A stretch of 64,000 nt of DNA from the NCBI GenBank assembly GCA_044229975.1, contig JBGARZ010000002.1, positions 96,001 through 160,000 of the forward strand, in the 5' to 3' direction. Below the pieces are notes generated by a model. The model was not told where the DNA came from. It saw only the letters and a list, made by a program, of their open reading frames with translations, and made no database searches. A program made the translations under genes and the position numbers. Source of the DNA: Polyangiales bacterium (lineage in GTDB: Bacteria; Myxococcota_A; Polyangia; Polyangiales; Ga0077539). This document shows positions 32,034 to 44,113 of this stretch, piece after piece (within the stretch, counting starts at the first letter, position 1; each line of letters begins with the position of its first letter).

Positions 32034-32567
32034 TCAGCCTTCCTCCCGGACACGCTCGGTGGTGCCCAGGCGATAGCGGGCCCACCGCACCTCTACCCTT
32101 CCGTCGCTCACCCTGGACTCGATGGGGTCCATCGCGCGCGGCGACGGACCGCGCTGCGGAGCGCCGGCCGGGTCGAAGTCGCTCACGTGGCAGGGGCACA
32201 CGAAGCCGCCCTCGCGGCGTTCGATGAGGCAGCCGAGGTGAGGGCAGATCGCCGAGAGCGCGCGCAGCGTCTCGGGTCCGTCACCGCCGCGCAGGAGCCA
32301 GACGGTGCCGAGGCGGCGGTCGGGGGTGACGCTCCAGGCGTCGACCTCGGCGCCCATCACGTGCGCTTGGAGAGGCGTTCCCGCGACGAGGTCGTCCCAG
32401 CGCGCGACCGCGCGCCAGCCGTCGTCACCGCCCGCACGCCGCCCGGGCAGGTGGGGTGCGTCGGCCGATGCGATCACCACCGCCGCCGCCGGGAGCACGC
32501 CGACGCCGACCGCCGCCGCGCCCGCGCCCGCCGCCACGACCTTCAATGCCTTCCGCCGATCGACCAT
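32034..32567 (-). CDS. Rieske 2Fe-2S protein
   Basis: Tat-like DRRKALK; CPHLGC and CPCH; GPSPRAM. Confidence 0.93.
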   Translation of the reverse strand: MVDRRKALKVVAAGAGAAAVGVGVLPAAAVVIASADAPHLPGRRAGGDDGWRAVARWDDLVAGTPLQAHVMGAEVDAWSVTPDRRLGTVWLLRGGDGPETLRALSAICPHLGCLIERREGGFVCPCHVSDFDPAGAPQRGPSPRAMDPIESRVSDGRVEVRWARYRLGTTERVREEG

Positions 32568-32641
32568 CGTCCGGTGCCTCCACGCTCGCGCCGCATCTGA
32601 CCGCTGCCAGTCCGGCAGGGCCTGCATTATGTTCCAGCTAG

Positions 32642-34954
32642 ATGTCCGGCCTCCGTCGAATCCTTTTCTTCATCCTCGCGGCGGCGGTCCTTTTGACGGG
32701 GTGCCCCGCGCGCTTCATCGCGGGCCGCACCGTCGTCTCGCAGGTCAACTTCACCGGTGTGCAAAACGTCGACTCGGGGGACGTTCGCACCCGCATCGCG
32801 ACGCGAGAGACGCCGTTGTGGCCCTCCAACCGTCCGCGCCTCCTCCGTTGGTGGCGCTGGTGGTGGGTCGACCCCGAGTACCTCGACCAGGCCGCCCTCA
32901 CCCGCGACCAGGCGCGTGTGCAGCGCTTCTACCAGGCCCGTGGCTACTACGACACGCACGTCTCGCCGCCGCGCGTGACCGACCTCGGCAACAACCGCGC
33001 GCGCGTGGACATCGCCGTCAACGAAGGTCCGCCCACGCTCGTCGAAGACCTGCGCCTGCGCGGCTGCGAACCCGGCGACCCCGACCCGCTGCCCGCGCGC
33101 ATCTGCACCAGCATCCAGGCGGGCCTCACCATCACCCGCGGTGGCCTCTTCGACGAGGACCGCTTCCACTTCGACCGCAGCTTCATCTTCGACTCGCTGC
33201 GCGAGGGCGGCTACGCGACGCCCACCGTGGTGCCCCACGCGGCCGTCGACCCGGTGAGCCACCGCGCGTGGGTCGAGTACACCGCGCGCTCGGGGCCGCG
33301 CAGCACCTTCGGCGTCGTGCGCCTGCAGCTGTCACCCAGCACCGATGCCTTCACCGCGGACAGCCTGCCCAATGGGCTCCCGGTCTCGGTCATCCGCTCG
33401 GCGCTCAACATCGATCCCGGCAACCGCTACTCGCGCCGCGCGCTCGTCGACGGCCAGCAGGCGCTCTTCGACCTCGGCGTCTTCGGCATCGCGCGCATCG
33501 AGGAGGCGCCCCGCCCCGGCGGCGTCGTCGACCTCAACGTCACCGTATCCACCGCGCGCCTCTGGAAGTTCCGACTGGGCGGCGGCCTCGAGTACGACAG
33601 CGTCCGATCGAACGTTCACCTCACCGCATCCTTCGAGCACCGCAACTTCCTCGGGGGCTTCCGCCGCTTTCGCATCGAGGCCCGCCCCCTCCTGTACTTC
33701 GTCAACCTCGGTAGCGTCTTCAACGGCGATCAGTCCCTGCCGGGGGTGGTGCCCGGCGCCTCGGTCGTCGCCGAGCTCGCGCGCCCGGAGATGTTTCGCC
33801 GCACCCAGGGTTTGCTCTCGGTGCAGTACGAGCTCGCGCCCGACCCGCTCATCCCCAACGTCGCGTTTCGTCAGCTCGCGCGGGTCACCGTCGGCCTGGA
33901 GCGCGCGTTCACCCGGCGCCTCCATGGTGCGTTCTACCTGCGCTTCACCGACGTGCAGTACCGCCCCAACGAGATCACCGTCCAGAACGACATGATGCGG
34001 TCCAACGCCGACCTGCTGCAGAACGACCCCCTCTACAGCAGCCTCTTCTACGACCAGCGCTACCTGCACCTGGAGCAGTCGATCACCTACGACAGCCGCG
34101 ACGACCGAGCCCGCCCGTCGCGCGGCTGGTTTCTCGCCGCCGGCCTGATGGAGTCGGTGCGTATCCCGTACGTCTCGGACTTCACCTTCGTCCGTGCGCA
34201 GGCCGAGGCGCGCACCTACGTCTCGCCGTTCCGCAACGTCGTCCTGGCCTTCCGCGCCATGGTCGGCGGAACGGTCGGCGACTCCTACGAGGTCAACGGT
34301 CGACGCTACTGGCCGCTGCCCACCGACCTCCGCTTCGTCTCGGGCGGCTCGCAGTCCAATCGCGGATACCCCTACGGGCGCGTCGGCGCGCTCGGCGCTG
34401 TGCCCCTCGCAGGCGTACGCAACTCCGGCATCGACGACGCGCGCACCACCGCGATCGGCGGCACCGGCATCTTCGAGGCGTCCTTCGAGACCCGCTGGCA
34501 GCCGAGCAACTTCGGCATGGTCGCCTTCATCGACCTCTCCAACGTCGTGGGCATGGACCCGACGCCCTTCGTCAACCCGCAGGGGACCACCACCGGCTGC
34601 CAGCCCACCGCGGGCAACGCCGTGCCCGACGGGGACGACTGCGCGGGCAGCCGCAACAACCTCCCGCCGCCCCGCAGCTTCAACCTCGACACGGTCGCCG
34701 CGCTCTTCAGCGACCTGCACCCCTCGGTGGGCATCGGGTTCCGCTACCGCACGCCGATCGGTCCGCTGCGCGCCGACGTCGCCGTGCGCCTCAACGACCT
34801 CCTGTGTCGGCGCTTCGACGCCGACGTCGCCGCGCAGAACCGCGCCACCAACAACGGCTGGGCGACCTACTACGTCGTCACCTCGCCCCGCTGCGACTTC
34901 TTCGGCGCCGACATCCCGGTGGCGGTCCAGCTCTCGCTCGGCGAGGCCTTCTGA
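32642..34954 (+). CDS. tamA: Omp85 family TamA/BamA-like outer membrane protein
   Basis: Lipobox LLTG-C, POTRA motifs (RFYQARGYY), GGSQSNRGY, RYRTPIGPLRAD, ends LGEAF. Confidence 0.88.
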   Translation: MSGLRRILFFILAAAVLLTGCPARFIAGRTVVSQVNFTGVQNVDSGDVRTRIATRETPLWPSNRPRLLRWWRWWWVDPEYLDQAALTRDQARVQRFYQARGYYDTHVSPPRVTDLGNNRARVDIAVNEGPPTLVEDLRLRGCEPGDPDPLPARICTSIQAGLTITRGGLFDEDRFHFDRSFIFDSLREGGYATPTVVPHAAVDPVSHRAWVEYTARSGPRSTFGVVRLQLSPSTDAFTADSLPNGLPVSVIRSALNIDPGNRYSRRALVDGQQALFDLGVFGIARIEEAPRPGGVVDLNVTVSTARLWKFRLGGGLEYDSVRSNVHLTASFEHRNFLGGFRRFRIEARPLLYFVNLGSVFNGDQSLPGVVPGASVVAELARPEMFRRTQGLLSVQYELAPDPLIPNVAFRQLARVTVGLERAFTRRLHGAFYLRFTDVQYRPNEITVQNDMMRSNADLLQNDPLYSSLFYDQRYLHLEQSITYDSRDDRARPSRGWFLAAGLMESVRIPYVSDFTFVRAQAEARTYVSPFRNVVLAFRAMVGGTVGDSYEVNGRRYWPLPTDLRFVSGGSQSNRGYPYGRVGALGAVPLAGVRNSGIDDARTTAIGGTGIFEASFETRWQPSNFGMVAFIDLSNVVGMDPTPFVNPQGTTTGCQPTAGNAVPDGDDCAGSRNNLPPPRSFNLDTVAALFSDLHPSVGIGFRYRTPIGPLRADVAVRLNDLLCRRFDADVAAQNRATNNGWATYYVVTSPRCDFFGADIPVAVQLSLGEAF

Positions 34955-37900
34955 TGGGCACCCCGCGCCGCATCCTCGGTCAACTGCTGCGCCTCACGGT
35001 GCTGCCGCTGCTCTTCGTCGTCTCGCTCGTCCTCCACCTCCCCGGCGTCATCGGCCGCTCCGCCGTCCGCGACATCGCGCGCGCCGCCGTGGCCGACCTC
35101 GCCCCCGGCCACCTCACGCTCCGCCGCATCACCCGCCTCAACCTCAGCGGCATCACCGTCGAGGGCCTCCACTGGCGCGACCTCGACGACAAGCTCCTCC
35201 TCGAAGACGCGACGCTCAACGTCACCTCGCTGCCCGCGCTCATCGCGGCGGCGGTCGGTGGTGCCCCGTGGCCTGCGCTCTCCCTCGACGCCCGCCGGGT
35301 CAACGGCTTCGTCCCGCGCCTCACCCAACCCGCGGCCGTCGCCGGTCCGCCGGAGCCACCCTCGCCGCTGCCGTCGATGCGCTTCCCCAACCTGCGGGTG
35401 CACGTCCGAACGCTGCACAACACCGTCGGCTACCCCATCGACGCTCGCGACGTACGCATTGCCGGCGGCGTGCGGCTCAGCCCCACCGGCATGAGCTTCA
35501 ACCTCCGCAGCCTCGCGCTCGACACGCAGACCACGCCGCTCTCGCCCGTCAACGTGCAGGCCCACGCGCGCGTTCGCACCTACCCCGCGCTCAGCGTCGA
35601 CGGCGGCATCGCGCTCGCGGGCGCCCCGCTGCGCTGCTCCATCAACGCGGTGCCGCAGTCCAACGGCGAGATGATGTTCTCGGTCGACAACTGCTTCGTG
35701 CCGGGCACGACGCTCCAGCAGCTCGCGGCGCTCGACCCCGCGCAGACCGTGCCCGACGTCAGCATTCCCCACCTCGGCGCCCACGGCCGCCCTGGCACGA
35801 GCTGGGTCGTCGACGGGCGCGTCGGCGTGGGCCGCGCGAGCTTCACCGTGTCCGCCTACGTCGGCGCCAATGATCAGAACGCGACCCTGCGCTTCGACCA
35901 CGTCGTGCTGCGCGACGCGCTCACCGCCCTCCCCGAAGGACAGGTCCACGGCACCATCGCCCTCTCCGCGCAGAACCTCGGCGACCGCCTGCGCCTCACC
36001 GTCAACGCTGGGGAGTTCGAGGCCAACGTCGCGGGCAACGAGGTGCCGCCCTTCTTCGCGGTGGTCGAGTATCGCGACGGCTTCCCGCTGCGGGTCGAGC
36101 GCTTCGACGTCCCGATGCTCCTGCTGCACACCGAAGGCACCGTCGGGCTCGCCGTTCCCAACCAGCTCGACCTCCGCGCCACCTTCGAACCGCCGCCCAT
36201 CCAGACGCTCCCGTGGACCCGCACGCTCGGCTCGGGTCGCGTCCACGGCGACGCCCACATCACGGGCACGCCCGCGCGGCTCAACGTCGACGCCCACGTC
36301 GTCGGCGACGCCATCGCCGTGGGTCCCGCGCGGGTTCGCCACGCCGAGGTGCGTGGCAACGTCGTGGTCGCCGGGGCGACGCCCATCATCGACGTGGTGG
36401 CCAACCTCCAGGGCGCCTCGGTGCGTGGCTCGGTCGGCCCATCGGACGCGACCCTCCACGCGGTGGGCAACCCATCCGGGGTGCTGCGCGTCGACGCCGC
36501 CGCGGAAGGTTCGGGCCTTCTCGCCGCGCTCGGAGCGCCACCCGCGGGCCGACCCAACAACGCGAGCGTGCGCCTGTCCGCGACCATCGATCGATCGGAC
36601 CCGAACTACCTCGCCACCCGCGTCACCGACCTGCGCGTCAACGTCCGCGGCGCGACCGCTCGCATCCACGGCGCGCTCTCGCTGCGACCCGCTCGCCCTT
36701 CCACCTCTCTCCGCGGAAGCGTCGCCATCGACGCGGGCGCTGCGGGTTCCATCGCCGTGACGCTCGCGCCTGGAACCGTGTCCGTCAACGCGCGCCAGTT
36801 CGACCTCGCGTGGGCCGCCCCCATCGCTCCGGCGGGCCAGCGCCTCGCCGGTCGCATCGACGGCAACCTCCTGCTCGACCGCGACAATATCGCTCGCAGC
36901 CGCGGCGAGCTCACCCTCCGCGGGCTGACCATCCCCGACGTCGGAACGGTGACCGCCGACCTCACGCTCGCCCGCCGGGAAGAGGACCTCGTCGCCCACC
37001 TCGCCGCGAGCCTCGTGCCGCCGCAGGGCGCGCCCGTCGGCACCGCCGTGTTCGACGTCGTGACCCCGCCGGTGAGGGACCCGTCCGATCCGATGGCCTG
37101 GCTGCGCGTCGTGCGCGAGGTCTCCGGGCGCGTCGAAGTCAACGACCTCGAGCGCTTCCCGCTGAGCGGGCTCGGCGTGCCGCGTGCGCTGCGGATGCAG
37201 GGGCGCCTCGTCGCGACGGTGACCAGCTCCCGACCGACGCCGGGCGGTCCGCTCGCTGCGACGGTCGGCCTCGAAGCGCGCTCGCTGGTCGCGGGCGTCG
37301 GCGTGCCGAGCCTGCTCAGCCGCGACGTGCGGATCATCCCCGCGGTGCACCCGCTGTGGGTGCGCGGTGCGCTCTGCGCGTCGCTCGGATCGCTCTCCCT
37401 CGACGCGATCACGCCTCGGTTGAGGCTCGCGGTCGGTCGCGAATACAACGAGACCTCGGCGGGCCCGCCGACGGTCTGCGACGACCAGCCGCTCATGTCG
37501 CGCACCCTCCTCGCCACCGATGGGACGCTCGCCGGACCGTGGCTCAGCGCCGCTCGCGCCGCGTCGGTGGTGCTGGAGAACCGCGGCACGACGGTGTCGG
37601 CTGCCGACCGCGCGCTGCTCACCGCGTCGAACGTCGACTGGCGCTTCTCGGTGGGGCCGTTTCTGCGCAGCGAGTGGCCGCTGCGGACGGTGGCCATCCC
37701 GCAGGAAGACGGGCCGCCGATCTTCGTCCGACCGCCCGATGTTCCGCCCGGGACCATGGTGCACGTGGAGGCCCGCGCGCGGGGCAACCTCCTGGCGCCG
37801 ACCGTCGACGTCGAGGTCGAGGGGAGTGCGCCGACGCTGAACCTCGTCGGCCTGAACGAGCCCGTGCGCGCGGAGGTCTTCGCGTCCATCGCCCCGCGCG

Positions 37901-39798
37901 AGGGCGGCACCATCCTCGACTCCTGGGCCGTCACCCTCGGCGTGCAGGCGCAGAGCTCGCCCAACGCGCCGCGTGAGATCCAGGCACGCGTCGCGGCCGA
38001 CGTCCGCCTCTCCACGACCATCGCCAACCTGCGCGCCCACGGCAGCGGCGGCGTGGCCTATGAGCGCTTCGACGTCGACTCGGAGAACCTCCACCTGGAG
38101 CGCTTCGCCTGGGCGCGCGATCGCGGCCTGGAGGGCAGGGTCGCCGTGCGCATCCTGGCGACGGACAACCAGCGCGAACCCGTCAACGCGACCGTCACCG
38201 TGGAGGACTTCCGCGCGCGTCTGCCCGAAGGGCTCCAGAGCGGCGGTTACGTCGCGCCGGCCGCGCGCGCCCGGGTCCACGCCGCCGTGCGAAACGAAAA
38301 CGGCGGGCTGATGGTGCGCTCATGCCTGATCGCGACCACGGCCGCGTCGACGCCCGACTGCTCCCCCGACGCGCCGGTGCCGACCGACGACTCGACGACC
38401 GAGTCGATCCTCGTGGTGGGCGCGGTACCGATGGTCGGAACGCTCCCTCAGGTGCGCCCCAACCTCGACGGCGCCAGCGTCGACATGGTGGCCGCGGGCT
38501 ATCCCCTCGACACCCTCTCGCGCTTCATCCCCGACGACACCGCGACCAACCTGGGCGGCACCCTGCAAGCGCGCGTTCACTGGGACGGCCAGCACCCCAA
38601 CTCGCCCACCGGGCAGATCGCGATCCGCAACGGTCGCGCGACGGTCACCGCGCTGGGCGAGCCGATGCGCGAGCTCGACCTCCTTCTCGTCGCCCGCGAC
38701 TCGACGCTGCGCTTCGAGCGAATGAACTTCGCGCTCGGGCGCGGACGGATGGAGGTCGACGGCGCGGCCACCATCGCCGATGACCACGTCTCTCTCAACC
38801 TCCACGGCACCACCCGCACCGTCCCCGCGGTGCTCTCCGGCTACACCTGGGCGTGGCTGGACGGCAGCGTGCGCCTCAACATGGAGTTCCGGGCCGACGG
38901 GGCGCGGGGCGCCGTGGAGGTCGAGCGCCTCTCGGCCCTCGTGCAAGATCAGCCGTCGAGCGACATCCAGCCCATCGGCGAGGACTCCAACATCTTCATC
39001 GTCGGGCGCACGCGGCTCGCCCGCGCGGGCGACGCCGCGACGTACGGCATCGAGCTCGCGATCCACTCGCAGACCCCGGTTTGGGTCCGCCGCTCCGACT
39101 TCGCCATCGCGCTTCGCACGGACATCCGCATCCGCCGTGACCGCGCGGGCCTCGCCCTCGCCGGCTCCATCACCCAGGCCAGCAACCAGTCCTGGTACTC
39201 CATCTTCGGCAAGCAGTTCGACCTCGACCGCGTGCGCGTCACCTTCGACGGCGGCCTCGCGCTCAACCCCGAGCTCGACGTCGTCGCGCACCACACCTCG
39301 CCCACCGCGGGTCGCATCACCGTCACCGTCACGGGGCGCCTCGATCACCCCTCCATCGTCCTCGCCGCCGACGGCGCACCTACCGCCAGCCAGGCGGAGA
39401 TCCTCGCCATGATCGTGCTGGGCCGACGCTCGCCCGCCGCGAGCTCGTCGGGCACCGACTTCGCCGCGCAGTTCGCGCAGGCCATCGTCTCGCTCGTGTC
39501 GAGCATCGTCGCGAGCGGCATCTCGCGGGAGTTCTCGTTCTTGCCGACGATCATCGCCGAGCCCACCACCACGGGCGCGGGCGCCCGCTACGGCGCCGGG
39601 GTCAACCTCTCGTCGCGCCTCTACGTGCAGGCGACCTACTCCGCCGGCGGCGGATCGGGCTCCACCGCCAGCGGCACCAGCAGCCTCGCGGCGGAGTTTC
39701 GTCTGCTCGCCGAGTACGCCATCAGCGAGGCCATCACCTTCGCGGCGAGCTTCAGCAGCCGCGGCGCGGGCGGCGCCGACGTCTACTGGTCACCGTGA
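34954..39798 (+). CDS. tamB: Translocation and assembly module TamB (DUF490 C-terminus)
   Basis: N-terminal TM, long beta-rich body, FGKQFDLDRVRVTFDG..NPELDVVA..VTGRLDHP; TGATG coupled to tamA. Confidence 0.85.
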   Translation: MGTPRRILGQLLRLTVLPLLFVVSLVLHLPGVIGRSAVRDIARAAVADLAPGHLTLRRITRLNLSGITVEGLHWRDLDDKLLLEDATLNVTSLPALIAAAVGGAPWPALSLDARRVNGFVPRLTQPAAVAGPPEPPSPLPSMRFPNLRVHVRTLHNTVGYPIDARDVRIAGGVRLSPTGMSFNLRSLALDTQTTPLSPVNVQAHARVRTYPALSVDGGIALAGAPLRCSINAVPQSNGEMMFSVDNCFVPGTTLQQLAALDPAQTVPDVSIPHLGAHGRPGTSWVVDGRVGVGRASFTVSAYVGANDQNATLRFDHVVLRDALTALPEGQVHGTIALSAQNLGDRLRLTVNAGEFEANVAGNEVPPFFAVVEYRDGFPLRVERFDVPMLLLHTEGTVGLAVPNQLDLRATFEPPPIQTLPWTRTLGSGRVHGDAHITGTPARLNVDAHVVGDAIAVGPARVRHAEVRGNVVVAGATPIIDVVANLQGASVRGSVGPSDATLHAVGNPSGVLRVDAAAEGSGLLAALGAPPAGRPNNASVRLSATIDRSDPNYLATRVTDLRVNVRGATARIHGALSLRPARPSTSLRGSVAIDAGAAGSIAVTLAPGTVSVNARQFDLAWAAPIAPAGQRLAGRIDGNLLLDRDNIARSRGELTLRGLTIPDVGTVTADLTLARREEDLVAHLAASLVPPQGAPVGTAVFDVVTPPVRDPSDPMAWLRVVREVSGRVEVNDLERFPLSGLGVPRALRMQGRLVATVTSSRPTPGGPLAATVGLEARSLVAGVGVPSLLSRDVRIIPAVHPLWVRGALCASLGSLSLDAITPRLRLAVGREYNETSAGPPTVCDDQPLMSRTLLATDGTLAGPWLSAARAASVVLENRGTTVSAADRALLTASNVDWRFSVGPFLRSEWPLRTVAIPQEDGPPIFVRPPDVPPGTMVHVEARARGNLLAPTVDVEVEGSAPTLNLVGLNEPVRAEVFASIAPREGGTILDSWAVTLGVQAQSSPNAPREIQARVAADVRLSTTIANLRAHGSGGVAYERFDVDSENLHLERFAWARDRGLEGRVAVRILATDNQREPVNATVTVEDFRARLPEGLQSGGYVAPAARARVHAAVRNENGGLMVRSCLIATTAASTPDCSPDAPVPTDDSTTESILVVGAVPMVGTLPQVRPNLDGASVDMVAAGYPLDTLSRFIPDDTATNLGGTLQARVHWDGQHPNSPTGQIAIRNGRATVTALGEPMRELDLLLVARDSTLRFERMNFALGRGRMEVDGAATIADDHVSLNLHGTTRTVPAVLSGYTWAWLDGSVRLNMEFRADGARGAVEVERLSALVQDQPSSDIQPIGEDSNIFIVGRTRLARAGDAATYGIELAIHSQTPVWVRRSDFAIALRTDIRIRRDRAGLALAGSITQASNQSWYSIFGKQFDLDRVRVTFDGGLALNPELDVVAHHTSPTAGRITVTVTGRLDHPSIVLAADGAPTASQAEILAMIVLGRRSPAASSSGTDFAAQFAQAIVSLVSSIVASGISREFSFLPTIIAEPTTTGAGARYGAGVNLSSRLYVQATYSAGGGSGSTASGTSSLAAEFRLLAEYAISEAITFAASFSSRGAGGADVYWSP

Positions 39799-40772
39799 GC
39801 GGGCGGGCGCGGTCGCGTACGACACGCCCACGGCGTCGAGCGTGCGCCGCAGCCCGATGAGCAGCAGCAGGTTGCGCACGTTGTATCCGTAGCGGAGCCC
39901 CTCGGCGCTGAACACCGCCGCGCGCGTATCGCCGTTGGACACGTACACGGAGGGATGAACGTTGTCGTCCGAGACGCCCTCGGACGGCAGCGCCGCCATC
40001 GCCGCGTGGTAGTCGATGAGCGGGAGGTGACGCTCGGTCACGATCGCGTGGATGCGCTCGTTGATGGCGTCCGCCGCCGCGTGCGCCGTCGGGTTGCCGC
40101 GGTGCGAGGGGATGGTGCTCACCATCGCGACGACGTTGCGCCGCTCGACCCGGTCGAGGATCTCCCCGAGGTGCGTCGCGAGCACCGCCGGGCTCGCCCG
40201 CTCGGCGTCGTTGGTGCCGATCATCAACACCGCGAAGGCTGCGCGCGTCGCCTGGAGCTCACGCTCGACGGGGCTGCGGTCGCCTCCTTCGAGGAGCTGC
40301 CTCGACTCCCACCCGGCGGTCGCGCAGGCGCTCGCGCGGGTGAACGCGTTGTCCTCCCGCCCTCCGAGCGAGCGCCGACGAAACCAGCGCACCACGGGTT
40401 CGAGTTGCGTGAAGGCGCCGAGCTCGTACCAACCGTGGCCGATGTCCTGCGCGAAGCTGCCCGACTCGGTGATGCTGTCACCGAGCTTGCTGAACACGTC
40501 GCTGCGCAGCCCCGCCGCTGCGCCGCGCGCAAACACCGCGCGCACATGGGCCACCGTCGGAGCGTCGAGCTCGGGGACGAAGCGCTCCCACGGCGTCGCC
40601 ACGGGCGGTGTCGGCGGCACGTCAACGGGCGGGGCGACTTCCGGCGTGGGCGTGGGCGTGGGCGCCACCACCGGGAGGACCGTGCGCTCGGGCGGCGGCT
40701 CGGTACGCGCGGGCCGCGTGCAGCTCGCCACGATGCCCGTCGCCAGAGCGAGCCACGTCGGCGCGCGCGTGC

Positions 40773-40776
<4 letters not shown>
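39790..40776 (-). CDS. SGNH/GDSL hydrolase lipoprotein
   Basis: Lipobox IVAS-C, Pro/Thr linker, KLGDSIT, MIGTND, DNVHP; TTG overlapping glmM stop. Confidence 0.82.
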
Positions 40777-42185
<1,409 letters not shown>

Positions 42186-42233
42186 GGGGGGACGCACCTT
42201 ACCAAAGGGACCCGCCGGGCGGGTGAGTGCTCG

Positions 42234-43184
42234 CTACGGCACCAGCAGCACCTCGGCGGGCTCCACCACCACCGTGATTCCCTCGCGCAGGGGCATCACC
42301 TGCACCCGCGCCTCGGTCGCCACCCGGAGCGGTCCCTCGTCGGGCGCCGTCACCGTCGGAACGACCTGCGACGGCACCAGCTCCGCCAGCAGCTCGGGGT
42401 CGCCGCTGACCACCACCGCGACCACGGGCGGCCTCGCCTCCAGGCGTTGGGCGCCCCGCGGTGCGCCGCGGACGGTGACCGGGATGCGCTCGAAGCGACG
42501 CTCGCCGTGCAGCGCGGTGACGTCGAAGGTGACGCGCACCTGCGTGGGGCCATAGTCGATACCGTTGCGGGGCGCCTCCAGCAGCACGCGGCGTTCGTAG
42601 CGCCCGGGCGCGAGGCCCGAGGCGTCGACGGCCACGGTGTGCACCACCTCCTGCGCTTCGAGCGCGAGCGCCGGGCCGCGCGCACGCACGCGCTCGGGCT
42701 CGACGGTGATGGTCCCGATGCGGGTGCGGGGCGCGGTGCTGCCGACGACGCTCGCGCGCACGTCGAGCACGCGGGTGAGCAGCGTGTCCCAGCGGAGGTC
42801 GAGGCTCGACGGGCTGAAGCTGACGAAGTCCGCGCCGGCCGGGAGCTGCACGAGCGAGGGGTCGAGGTCGACGCGGCGTCGTCGGCCGTCGCGCAGGTCG
42901 ATCTCCACCGGGCCGATCTCGTCGCCGCGCAGCGGGGCGACCACGGACGGCGTCCCGCGAACGGTGAGGCGCACGCGCTCGGGCAGCGGCGTGACCAGCA
43001 GCGGGCCGCCCGGGACGGCGGCAGGGAGCCTCGCCGTGATGGGAACGTCCACGCTGCGCTGCACCGCTCCGGCGCCGCGAAACACCATGAAGAGTCCGAG
43101 CGAGATGGCGAGCGACGCGACCTTGTAGGGGAGGTTCTCCCGCACCAGGGCGAACAGGGCTCCGAGGCGCGAAGGGAGGTTCAC
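42234..43184 (-). CDS. cdaR: CdaR/YbbR-like regulator of diadenylate cyclase
   Basis: ENLPYKVASLAISLGL TM, YbbR-like beta repeats, between cdaA and glmM. Confidence 0.85.
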   Translation of the reverse strand: MNLPSRLGALFALVRENLPYKVASLAISLGLFMVFRGAGAVQRSVDVPITARLPAAVPGGPLLVTPLPERVRLTVRGTPSVVAPLRGDEIGPVEIDLRDGRRRRVDLDPSLVQLPAGADFVSFSPSSLDLRWDTLLTRVLDVRASVVGSTAPRTRIGTITVEPERVRARGPALALEAQEVVHTVAVDASGLAPGRYERRVLLEAPRNGIDYGPTQVRVTFDVTALHGERRFERIPVTVRGAPRGAQRLEARPPVVAVVVSGDPELLAELVPSQVVPTVTAPDEGPLRVATEARVQVMPLREGITVVVEPAEVLLVP

Positions 43185-44113
43185 GACTCGTCTCCGCTGG
43201 CGCGCGTCGGTGGTTCGGCGTCATCCGTCGGCACCGGCCGGACGCCCGAGCGCGGTGGTGGTGGCAGGCGAGACGACCGCCCGTCGCGATCGCCCTGCTC
43301 GGCCTCGCGCATGAGCGCCGCCACCTGTCGCTTGGAGTAGAGCACCCCGTAGAGCGCCTGGCGGGTGGTCTGCGCGTCGAGGCCCCGCACGATGTTGCCG
43401 TTGAAGCAGAGCGAGATCTCGCCGCGCTCTTCGCTCACGACGACCACGGCGGCGTCGGTCTCTTCGGAGATGCCCAGGGCCGCGCGGTGGCGGGTGCCGA
43501 GCTGCCGGTCGAGGGCGCCGCTGTTGGTGAGAGGGAGCACCGCGCCCGCCGCCGCGATGCGCCCGTTGCGGATGATGACCGCGCCGTCGTGCAGGGGGTT
43601 GTCCTGGCTCGGGAGGAAGAGCGTGAAGAGCAGCTCGGTGGAGATCTCCGCGTCGAGGTGGGTGCACTGCGTGACGAAGTCGTCGACGCTGGCCTCGCGC
43701 TCGAAGACGAAGAGGGCGCCCACGCGTCGCTGCGCGAGGTCTTCGGCCGCGGCGATGACCTCCTCCATCGCGGGCGCGTCGACGGGCTTGCGCCAGCGGG
43801 AGAGAAATGGCCGGTCGCCCACCCGCATCAGCGCGCGCCGGATGTCGGCCTGGAAGATCACCACCACGAACACCAGAAACGACGTGAGCGAACGGTCGAG
43901 CAGCGTGAAGGTCGTGGTGAGGTGGAGCCACTGCGAGATGGCGTAGACGACGGCGAGGAGCACCAGCCCCTGCCCCACCTGCGCCGCGCGCGTGCCGCGC
44001 ACGAGCAGCAGGATGCGGTAGATGGCGTAGGCCACCACCAGGATGTCGACGGCGTCGCGCAGCAGCTCCTGTGGCGGCCGACGAAGGATCACCCGCAGCC
44101 AGTCAGAGTGCAC
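43181..44113 (-). CDS. cdaA: Diadenylate cyclase CdaA
   Basis: Three TM helices, NPLHDGAVII and LGTRHRAALG motifs, VVSEERG. Confidence 0.96.
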   Translation of the reverse strand: MHSDWLRVILRRPPQELLRDAVDILVVAYAIYRILLLVRGTRAAQVGQGLVLLAVVYAISQWLHLTTTFTLLDRSLTSFLVFVVVIFQADIRRALMRVGDRPFLSRWRKPVDAPAMEEVIAAAEDLAQRRVGALFVFEREASVDDFVTQCTHLDAEISTELLFTLFLPSQDNPLHDGAVIIRNGRIAAAGAVLPLTNSGALDRQLGTRHRAALGISEETDAAVVVVSEERGEISLCFNGNIVRGLDAQTTRQALYGVLYSKRQVAALMREAEQGDRDGRSSRLPPPPRSGVRPVPTDDAEPPTRASGDES

